From Lama glama (taxonomy: Eukaryota), in the NCBI GenBank assembly GCA_028534125.1, contig CM052817.1:78122001-78186000 (forward strand): DNA of 64,000 nucleotides, given 5' to 3'. The position numbers and the translations under genes are program-made. Position 1 is the stretch's first letter, and the number at the start of each line of letters is the position of its first letter. Below the pieces are notes generated by a model, which made no database searches, was not told where the DNA came from, and saw only the letters and a list, made by a program, of their open reading frames with translations. This document shows, piece after piece, positions 53,673 through 64,000 of this stretch.

Positions 53673-54277
53673 TGTGATTATAAGATTAACCATAAAACAA
53701 AAACCTTCCAGTGGATTTGGTCTAGCTTATCTAGGCTGAGACACAGTGATGCAAGTGCAGTTGCTTAACTATGGCCCACAGTAGCTGTTATTGCTCTTGT
53801 ATATATAACTGTGTCATTTAAATAGATACATATTCACTTATGAATGTTCTGGAATCTCTAAATTTATGAAAAGGGCCCTTATTCTGTGGTACACTACAGA
53901 GCACTCTGGTCAGTACTCTGCAAATAACTAATAAACTCTCGTTATAAAGCAGTGTATGGATAAAACCCAACTCACAAAAAGGTTCCCATTGAAATCCTTA
54001 AAGCAATACATTAATAGCTATCTGAACAATTCAGTAAGAAGATAACTTCTTGTTCCTTAAAAACATTTGGTTATCACCTGTCTCATTCAAAAATTTTCCC
54101 TGATTCAGTGAAATCATCTTCTACCCACAGACCCTCATAATTATTCCTAAGTTTCAATACTAGATATTGTACCAATTATTCATTTCATTTGTGAAAGATG
54201 TTGATATTGGAATAGTACATTCTTTGTTTCCAGAGAATTTGATATACAATCAGAGATTTTTTAAATTTACGTCTTAA

Positions 54278-54380
54278 ATTTTTTAATTTAATTTTTTATT
54301 TTTATACAATTTTGAAAGGTTACTTTTCATTCACAGTTATTACAAAATATTGGCTATATTCCCCATATTGTACAATAAGT
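54278..54380 (-). mobile_element. Short artiodactyl-type L1-derived 3' fragment
   Basis: T-rich tail then aaaggttacttttcattcacagttattacaaaatattggctatattcccc; family assignment from memory. Confidence 0.55.
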
Positions 54381-56825
54381 CTGTGACAGATTTTTGACTC
54401 TAAAAAATGTATTACTTCCAAAATCTTGAAAGTCAGTGTCTGCTCTTTGTACATTAGGCTTTTCCCCATTGGAAATTCTTGCAAACTATTATTTACGTGT
54501 AATTAAGCATGTGATTCATACTAAAAAATATTAATTGCCAAAATAAATGGTAGAAATAATAAGTTATATAAATATGTTTACAAAAGCAAAATCATTCTTT
54601 ATAGTAAATAGAAAAATACAGATGGAAAAATTTGTGTTTCTTTAGTATGTATTTTTCAGTGTCTATTCAAAAGTATAATCTTATTTTTCTAGTTTCTGCA
54701 TTCCTTTTAATGCATTCACATACAGAAAATAGAATTCATAAAGATCATTCAAATTGTTTTAAGTGTGTTTTACATTTAATTTTATTTTGCCTATTAAAAA
54801 TACAAACTTTTCGATGAATGTTTGCAATCATTCAGATTAATTTTGCACCCAGTAAGTAAATCTAGAGATCATATTATTAGATTTAATTTTAGGAATCCAC
54901 GTTATTTTAAATAACCTTTGATATCTGATTTTTAATAATACAACAAAGACTTTATAAATAGCAAAGCTGAACAAAGTGAAAATGGTGTTAACAAGATAGC
55001 TTGGCAGCAGATATCAATTCTCACTTGTTAAATGCTTTGAGCATCACAGCCAATAACATAGCCTATCTAAAATCTAACATTTAATGAACACCAACAAATT
55101 ATTAAGAAATTAAAATATTTTGAGTAAGTATTTTAATTTCTGAGTAAATAAATAAGTGACGTTCATTGCCTGCAAACATGATCTGGACTGTTACAAGATT
55201 GAAATTACAGACTTCCAAAATGACATTCCATATTTTTCATCCTCACAAAACCAAATCTACATCTTTTTTTCAGTGGCCTTTAGAATTAATAGTGGGGGTT
55301 GGCCATCCCTGACGCAACAGAAGATCTTAGAACAGGAAATGTGTTATTAATCCTCACAAGTAATGGAGATTATTAAGAAATTTACGTCATGTAGTAGGTG
55401 TGAGCATGACAATCATTTTTTATGTATCTACATAAGAAACTTGTGTTACTAGTATTTCTTTTTCACATAAAATTATTAGAAAGAATTCAGCTTGATGCAC
55501 TATTATTAATCATTAACAATTTGCCACTTAAGATAAAATAATTTCTGAGGGGGCAAAAAAAAAAAACCTGCCTTAATGTACACTCCAGAAACTTGGAATA
55601 ATCAGAAGAAAGAGTATTAGGGGAATATTACTTTACTCTCTAATAGTGTATAGGCAATCCAAATCCAGTCATTTTTTTCTCAGTTTTTCACTCTATGCTT
55701 TAGGAGAAAAAATGTGCTTTCACCGTAGTGCCTTAGAAAGGAGTAAGAGTCTTATGAAATATTTTTATAGCAAAAATGACTATTTCATCTATCGTATATT
55801 ACTTATTTTTATCTGCCATACTTTCTTGTACTTTTCAATGAAATTTCTGGTTAGTTTTTCATGATATAAGCACACATTGAGATATTTCCAGATATGTAGT
55901 CAAATTGCACACAAAAGTAACTTGTATTTGAAGATAACACTATTGATAGCATAAGCTTTACACACTAAAAAACGAGATTTTCTGAGTTTCTTTAAAAGTC
56001 ATTTGTTACTCTCATTATTATTGGCCTTTAATTCTTTTATATTTATAAATTTTTAACTCTCATTTCTTCACATTTTTATACTTTACATTTCATAGCACTT
56101 GTGGCTCTAAAATAGTTCTCAGATAGACTGACAAATCTCTCCACCAAAAGACCCCCTGGTTGAGGACAGAATATGCACCTTATTTGACTTCATCCATCCC
56201 AAGCAAAGAACGTGGTACCTAGTAGGCATTAGAGTAATAATTTTTAGACTAACTAAGCATAACTACTTCAGATATCTTAGTAGACATCTACAAGTCTACA
56301 CCAAAGAGCCCCCTGCAATAATATTTCTGGGTGCTGTAGAATCCATGAGGACAATTGAGGTGATCACACCATCTGCGAGAAGGCATGGGCCCTGGTGGGG
56401 GGAAATTACCACGTGCTTTGACCCTCTATTTTTTCATACAAGTGAAATCTAAAAACGTATCTCAGTGATATTGAACAAAAAGGTGAAAGAAATTATCATA
56501 AAAGAATCATAAATGTTTGGGGGGTCTATCAGGAGGAGCAGGGCCAGTTTTGGGCCAGTTTTAAACCAGTGCGTATTGTTTGAGGGCTTTGTGCACCTTA
56601 GGTAATTTTTCAGTGCTGACTGGTGACAATAGACTTTCTGCCTCTTTCTCCCTTCTCCAATTCAGTAATTCCATTCTAGCCTCAGATGCCTGGTCCTTTT
56701 AAGGGATTGAAGAATGGGAGGCAAAGAGCAAGACCCAGGGCAATCACTCCAATTTGTCATCCCCTGGCCCATCGGAGGGGGATTCCTATAGAAGGAGGGA
56801 GAATGAATGAAAATGGAGTGAAAGG

Positions 56826-56828
<3 letters not shown>

Positions 56829-56874
<46 letters not shown>
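56829..56874. repeat. (TG)23 microsatellite
   Basis: Directly visible, uninterrupted. Confidence 0.97.
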
Positions 56875-56875
<1 letters not shown>

Positions 56876-57149
56876 TCTGAATCGCATAGAGAGTTCTAAA
56901 CTGTCTTAATCTCATACCAGCACATTCTGTCGCATAAACAGAGTTAAGTTCATCACAACCTGTCTTCTGTGTCTGGGATGGAGAGCAGTTTCCTCTCATT
57001 TCAATACCTAACTTTCTATTCTATGAAGTCTTGCTCATGGTCTTAAGGGAGAGCCCTCATCGCTTTTTGCAGATATCTCCTAGAGATCCCCAGAACTCTT
57101 TTAATTTCTGTTAATTTTTCTCCATTCAGTAAGGGAAGAAGAGCTCTAG

Positions 57150-58700
57150 GAAGAATTAGACTTTACCTTCATGAAAACTATCAAAAGAATAAACAAAACA
57201 TTTAGGGCCCAAAGCTTCTCGTGGTTTAGTCTCTCTCCTCATTAGTGTCACAGGGGTGTTCCCGGTGACTCCTTTCTAGCTGGGAAAGATGAGGATTTTT
57301 TGAGAGGCACGGTCCTAAGAGCACTATCAAATTGTGCTGGTCAGAGACCTCATGAATATTCATGGGAAAAATAAAGAAAGCAGCATCTCCCTTCAGTCCC
57401 AGAAGACAGACCTGTGACTCGGTGCCTGCCGCATGCTGGTGTTTTCTTCCATTCCTCCACGGTTCCACGTAATAGCTTGTCGTGGAGCTTTCTACGTGAG
57501 CCAGTTCCACTGGAAATTCTGTTTATTTTATGATTTTTGAAATAAAGTGGAGACATTTTCAGTTGAGTATGAGAAAATCATACTTCCCTAAAGAGTAAGC
57601 TTCAAGTTATAGCAAGTTGAAACTTTTTTTTTTCCTCCCTCTCTCTCTGCCATGCATGGTAACTTTCCAACCTTGTACTTTGAGGGGTAGTTTAAGTCAG
57701 CAAGTTACTGAGTTTTGAGCCACTCAAACGTTGCAAAGCTTGACGACAGTCCTTCTGTAGGTTTTATTTTTTCCGAATACAGACAGCACAGACATATTCC
57801 CCTTTGTTATACCTTATTTACTACGAATCATCTCTTCACTAATGTGCATGTGACCACTCATTTCCTAAGAAGAAGCTACGTATTTCCCTTCCACAAATGA
57901 AATTCAATGCATACTTATCAGAAAGTCTCATGTTACCGTTTTTTCAAAAAGTAAAAGTTGCCTGAGCAGAAAATGCCCTCCTTTACAACTACGAGTCAGG
58001 ACAGTGCATCTAGCCTTGGTTCCTCCCACACATTTAATCTCAAAGGGCATTAGTGGAAGGAAAATGCTAACAGATGGACAGGCTTTTGTTGATGGTGTTC
58101 CTTTTAAGCAGGAGTACATTGTGATCTGTTGCAGAAAAAAAAAGGGGGGAAAGAAAAAAAAGCAACTAAGCACCTTTTTTCTTTCCCAGATGGGCTGCAA
58201 GTATCCTTCTTGCCTGTGCTTTTGGTTGCTAGTTCAGCTTTTCTTACGGAGGTCAGCAGTAGGTCATTTATAGAGTGTTGGCAATTTGTGCTAGGTGCTC
58301 TGCAAACAGAGTCCCTCCCTGTCCGCTGGACTTGAAGCACAAATAAAAATTGAAATAGTGAGGCCAGAAATAATGTGCAAAATGAAACAGCCGAAACGTT
58401 TTTTTAAGTGTCTGGTGTTAAAAAATTTATTATGCGGATCAATTTTTACAGTTCGCTCCCTGCTTTTATTTCCCTTTCTCTCGATTCACAAATTCGTCAT
58501 TTAGTTTATAAAGCATATTTTGAAGTGAGCCATCTTGTTTTGATCACAGTACGTGGAAAAGGTAGACCAAGGTTTATAACCTTCGCAAGATATTGGTCTC
58601 CTGGTACAAAACCAGACTTTATTTTATTAACTCTTCGCAGCAATCTGTACAGCAATGCTAAGAAAGCCTATAGAGGTATAGTCAAGACATACCTCTAATG
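57150..58700. promoter_or_regulatory. Candidate non-CpG-island promoter/enhancer
   Basis: No recognisable repeats; roughly 27 CpGs by hand count in ~1.5 kb of AT-rich DNA, visibly more than the flanks; palindromic POU-dimer motif 57351-57364; clustered RCGTG/TCGTG motifs. Confidence 0.5.
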
Positions 58701-59214
58701 CAACTTGTTGCTCCTTAAAAATAAATACAGCTTTATAAGAAATGAGCCAGGTGAATGTTTTTCTAGAAATAAAAGTTACCTGCATAGATGAAGTAAATGA
58801 ATGTGTGGATTCTGAAAATATGTTGTTCCCCACAAATAATTAAATTTTTCACACAACTAGATGCCTTGGGGAGAATATAATGCAACTCACACGATTTACC
58901 ATTAGTTTTATTACTGGCAAGAACTAAAAGGCCAAACTGCTTTACCCTGGATTCCAGCTTTTTACCTATTGATTTTAGCTACAATTTTAGATTGAAAAAT
59001 TGTACATATGAAAGTCCCAAAGTTACTATACCAGCATATTTTGTATGTTTATATTCACAAACTCTCTTATTGGAGTTTTTAGAAGTTTTAGAGATTTTTA
59101 TTTTGAACTTCTAGTTTTTCTTCCCTCTGATTATCAAGTGGCTCCAAGTAAATTATTATTTTAATACAGAAGTTGTTTCACCATTTCATATAAAGTAATA
59201 AAAATTAGAATAAT

Positions 59215-59410
59215 ATTAGCTAATATTTATTGATTACTCACCAGGTGCCAGGCACTGTGCTGAGTACCTCATTTATATTACTGAATCCAAGAACTATTGG
59301 GAGCTTAATGGCCTAAATTTATTATCCTCATTTGATAGCTGAAGAGATTAAGAAATTCGTCCCAGGTACAAAGTGAGTTCTTAGAGGAGCTGGGGTTTTC
59401 TTCAAATCTA
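59215..59410 (-). mobile_element. MIR SINE
   Basis: agctaatatttattgattactcaccaggtgccaggcactgtgctgagtac...ttattatcctcatttgatagctgaagag. Confidence 0.8.
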
Positions 59411-61321
59411 TTATAAAAATTTGCTTGAGAAAGGGCACTGAAAATTTCTTATTTTTCCCTTAATATCCAAATAGAACAGGCCATGTGGAATCCCCAGAAA
59501 GATTAGGGCTTAAGGAGAAAAAGAAGAGCCGGTAAGAAATAACCCTGAGCTGCACGCAGAGCTGGCTGCTGCGCACTCACACGGCCACTTCTCTGACCAG
59601 TGACTTCCAAGTTTCCTTGTCATGATCTGTAGCATAAAATGCAGTGTACACTGTGAGTCAGTGTACACTGTGAGCCAGTATACACACACACTTGCACGCA
59701 CACATAAACATTCTGTATAACTGAATCCCGTTTTATGAAGGAGTGTTTAGCCTTACTCAGATTATGATTTCTCACATTTTATTCCCTCGTATTTCATTAA
59801 AACTGTTTGTCAAGCCTAACTTAAGACCACTTCATGATTTTATTACCATAACTTGAAAACATGCTGAGGTGAACTTGAGAGGGCTTTGTATCCGTGTCTA
59901 CTTTGACATTTGACAATATTCTTTTCCTGAGAATTGTGCTTTTTTTTTTTCCTGTCATAAGCAAAACATTAAGGAGTCAAGTGTATGGAGTCTTGGTCAA
60001 GGGAGACCCCAGGTCTGTAATCACTGTGAATAAACATTCAGCCAAGCACCGGGCTTGATGTGCACAAGAAAACTAAGGAAAGGAAGAGCCACTCAAACAG
60101 GATGAGAGAGGACAAAGACTGTTGAGGGGAATACCAAATAATTCATCTTAGAGACGTGATTCAACAAAAAATCATGAAAAATCCTTAAAGCATAGAATAA
60201 CACATGTGGTGCATGTACATGTGTGGGGAACGTGTGGATTCAGACTGCACTGAACACTGTCAGTGTCGTGAAGGAAGGGAGGTCTTCAGTGATTTCTCAT
60301 TTCATAATCCATCTTAAGGTCCTCACACTGAGGAGACAGCAGTCATAAAATCAAAGTGGAGAAAACTTCACCTAGATTTCACATTCAGAAAACTAAGTTT
60401 GAGGCAGGGGGGACCTTTAAAAGAGCCTTTTAACACACAATTTTGCAAATAATTCAGAATTTTGAGAAACTATTAATGGGGGAAGTTTGACATGTAAATA
60501 CAAGAAAATAAAGAGATCTGGGAATGCTGAATACCAAATTCTGTAAGAAATTTCTCTTTTCCAATAGATTAGTAGTTGCAGATATTTAAACAATGAACCC
60601 TGTGGCTGAAAAATATAAAATAAGTAAATAAATGATAAAATATACATTTAATCTCTTTAGAAGGTAAAATAAGAGAATTGACTGTATTGATTATACCTGG
60701 CATCCAAGATTTTGTGCTTGAAATCATACCAGCAAGGCAAAGGCACCCCAGCCTGACACATGAACATGGTAGTATCACTCTCTGGCTTAAAATCCTTCCA
60801 TGCCTTCCTGTGGCCTTTGGAATAATATTTAACTCCATCATGGAACATAGAGCCCTTATGCTCTATAATGGTACATGCTTTCAACTTTCAGCTTCCTAAC
60901 TACATGCCTACCTTCGTCCCCTCTCCAAAATTCAAATATCAACTAAATCTAAATATTTATAATAGTAAAGAGTCATGACTTTATACATGCATTTCCTTAG
61001 GTTTTTATACTTAATTAGTGTGTTAATCAACAGAAATGATAATATCCCAGTTCAGTTTATATTTTTTTAGTGATTAGTTACTGACAACAGGTAAGTAAAC
61101 AGGAGCCACCACCATTCACAATTTGCAGCAAGACTTCTGTGAATGGATTCATTCATTCTACACTCCACCTGGACATACTGATGAATTGTTTGAAAACCAG
61201 CAGATCATACTATCACCAAGGACCAAGATCTATAGCAAATTTTTCCTCAATAATTACAAGGATGAGACTTCAGAAATAGGATATTGTGAAAATAATCCTT
61301 TAATAATAATTCTTTTGTTGA

Positions 61322-61728
61322 CATGCTGCGACGGGCTGTGCTGGTGGCCTGCCCACATCCCATTACCACCTGGCTGCAAACAGCCTCCATCCTTGTGAGT
61401 GTTGGCTGTTAACTGTTAATAGCTGCCCCTTCTTGGTACAATTTCCCTTGGCTAACCAGAAGCCACCTCGCAGAGAAGTTCTATTTCCCCACAGGCTGAA
61501 GCAGCCTGACTCACAGCGGGTTACAAAAGTTGGTGCCCTCTTCCTTAAATCAACTCTGTGGTATACTGTCCTCCAGAGTTACCTGAGACCGTATCTTTGC
61601 TTGGCTTCTTCCCCTGGCCAGTCCTACTTCCCTTGTTTTCAGCTTCCTGAAAGCATTCCTTCCATAAGTGACATGCACCCAGATTCTCATCTTAGACTCT
61701 GATTCAGAGGAACCCAACTGAAGAAACA
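61322..61728 (+). mobile_element. ERVL solo LTR (LTR16-like)
   Basis: tgcttggcttcttcccctggccagtcctacttccct...tgcacccagattctcatcttagactctgattcagaggaacccaactgaaga matches LTR16-type 3' end. Confidence 0.8.
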
Positions 61729-62769
61729 TGCTCCCTTGTGCTTTGATTCCCAATTGTTACTGAATAAACAATATGCTGGTATGTTTTCTAACATTCTTAA
61801 AAACACAATAGACATTCATCTTACTATGGTACGTGTATTGAAAGGTTGGTGGTTGCGATTTTCTTTAATAAAGTTTCCCTTTATATGTACAATTTAATTC
61901 TTTTCCTATGAAATAGCATCGCTTTACTATAAAGTTTTCCTGTGACATAAGTTATTGGTCAAGATAAAGAAACCAATTGCCTTTTCTAACGGCCATATAA
62001 CATCTTATAATCAATAAATAGATTAGGTAGAGACATGATATGCTTTCACTAGATATGCCTTTGTCTGCATGCTCATAATGGTACATGCTTTCTAATATGT
62101 AATTACCTAACAACTGCCCAGCATCATAAAGGGATACCCAGTGTTCCGATTTTTAAAAACAGAAATCTGTCTCTGCTCTTGAAGTGTTTATACAATTTAT
62201 CTCCTGTATTTTTTTCAGAATGCTTGCTTGAAAAGTATATAAATAAGAATAAATGTCCACTTGTTACTTTTCTAAACCTTTTTTTTTGGAATACCATCTG
62301 TCCTTTTGCTAAAACACAAAATCAGAGCATGCTTCTCTTTTCACCCCTGTTGCAGCCCCTTATAAGGTACAAAATTTGCAAACCACTCCCAGGAGTTTAG
62401 TCAGAATGCTAGCTCAGGCTGCTTAAATTCCAGTGTCATAGTCAACTGTTCAGTTTAAACGGCAGTTATAGCTAAGCATGTTCATTACACAACTGAATTA
62501 CTGTTGTGTTAATGATCTCTGTTTATTCTCCAAGTGTCTTCCACACTGAAAATGGCACAGTGTTGCTCAGGAGACAACTATAAAATATAAGCCTATTTGA
62601 AATTAACACAGATATTCAGACAATCCATAGAAATATTTACCCACAAACTAATTGTAGGTTTTGCCTTCTGGATATTTATTTTATGAACTTGGATTAGAGA
62701 ATTCCCACAGGCACTATACAATTCAAAAAACAAGAAATTATTTTCTGAAATACTGATGCTTTTGCGTGT

Positions 62770-63140
62770 GAACACTCATCCATATCCTGGTAAAGGTCGG
62801 AGTTGCACAGGTGTTCTCATTTGTCAAAAGTCAGAAAATAACACACGTCAGATTTGTGAATTATATGTAAGTTTTGGTTTTTTGCAAAGAGCTATAAGCA
62901 AGTACTGAACAATTGTTAGTGATATGTATGTTAAAGTATTTAGAGGAAAATTATGCTTTGAAATAAATAAAATAGGTGAATTTATTAAAGAACAGAAGTT
63001 AGGATAGAGCAATAAATATATAATAAAGCAAATACAACAAAATATTAATTATAAAATCTAAGTGGTTGGTATACAGATGTTGATATGCAATTACTTCAAC
63101 TTTTTTAAGTGCTTGAACATTTTTATCACAACATATTAGG
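62770..63140 (+). mobile_element. Ancient L1 (L1ME-like) 3' UTR fragments
   Basis: gttgcacaggtgttctcatttgtcaaaagtcag...agatttgtgaattatatgtaag; aatctaagtggttggtatacagatgtt...aacttttttaagtgcttgaacattttt. Confidence 0.6.
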
Positions 63141-63739
63141 GGAACTTTTTGTCTCAAGCAAATAGAAACTGTATTATGTTCCAGTACAATGAAATAAAGT
63201 CCTCTTGTAAAACAGTAGATTTTACCTCTGACAATTAAAGTTAATCATGAAAGTTAATCATGTCAGAACACTGTCTTGGAATGTTTGGAAAATGAGTTTA
63301 ATATTTTGTAATTAATACATTTATGTCAAGTTTGAACTGGAATTATACCAAGTGACTTTTACAAGTAATAATTTGACTGTATGCCAATTATTATTCTTAA
63401 TAGGATTATAACTTTAGAACAAAATGAAATAGATAAATAATCTTACACTGCTTTTAGTAAGTATATTTTTCATAATAGGGTTGATATTTCTATTCTAAAA
63501 CTATTGTTTGCCTTTATTATATGATAAGGAAAATGAGTAATTATGTTTGTGACATTGAAAATGAATACTTTTCCAGTGTGACAGAAGAATATATATTTAA
63601 GACCTATGGACTTAATTAAAATCTTATAATCCTGAATTTGTACTGGAAGGTATTAAACTCATGATACGTTTTATCTATTTTAAAAACCCACTTATCTTGT
63701 AGATGTACCCACTGATACATCCTAGAAACATTAAACAAA

Positions 63740-63822
63740 ACAGTAGCAGGAAGTCCCTGGGGATACAGCTTTGGTTCCAAATACCATCACTCCCTAAAAA
63801 GAATCAGAGCTTCTTGGAAATT
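63740..63822 (+). mobile_element. L1MC/MD-like 3' UTR fragment
   Basis: ttggttccaaataccatcactccctaaaaagaatcagagcttcttggaaat. Confidence 0.55.
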
Positions 63823-64000
63823 TGTATGCTTTCTGGTTGTCGGTAAGTAATGTATAGAATCAATCTAGGTCATCTTGTCAGAGGATCCAGGAAGCAGCTT
63901 GAAGAAGTACCTACTCACTGAACATGAAATAATTTAAACATCAATAATGATGATGGCTTCAATGAGCAGAAGGTTACCTGATATGTTCAAATGCATGCGT

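Noticed and set aside
63237..63262. 13-bp direct duplication aaagttaatcatg x2 (similar 11-bp duplication near 56541)
   Set aside because: Ordinary slippage duplications with no spacer structure.

Overview
AT-rich, CpG-depleted mammalian genomic DNA, intronic or intergenic. I could not recognise any host protein-coding exon, RNA gene or CRISPR array. I saw no Alu, B1/B2, Can-SINE, PRE1 or Bov-A/BovB, and the young L1 3' UTRs resemble camelid L1 as I recall it, so the species is probably a camelid or other non-ruminant artiodactyl (inference). Much of the window is interspersed repeats: L1 of several ages, L2, MIR, MaLR/ERVL LTRs, hAT MER5/Charlie and microsatellites, plus a 500-N assembly gap. 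The most notable element is a ~3.05 kb TSD-flanked L1 (28990-32038). It has a complete GC-rich 5' UTR and nearly intact ORF1 but lacks almost all of ORF2, i.e. a half-L1 (HAL1-like) or spliced-L1 structure. Also notable are a three-tier nested L1 (18.2-21.7 kb), an apparent young/old L1 chimera beside the gap, and several ~210-230 bp L1 3'-end insertions truncated at a similar point. A repeat-free, CpG-retaining region at ~57.1-58.7 kb (with a second patch at 59.5-59.7 kb) carries POU-dimer and bHLH-PAS motifs and candidate splice sites, and looks like a non-CpG-island promoter or enhancer of an unidentified gene. Repeat subfamily names are from memory of consensus sequences and boundaries of old repeats are approximate.
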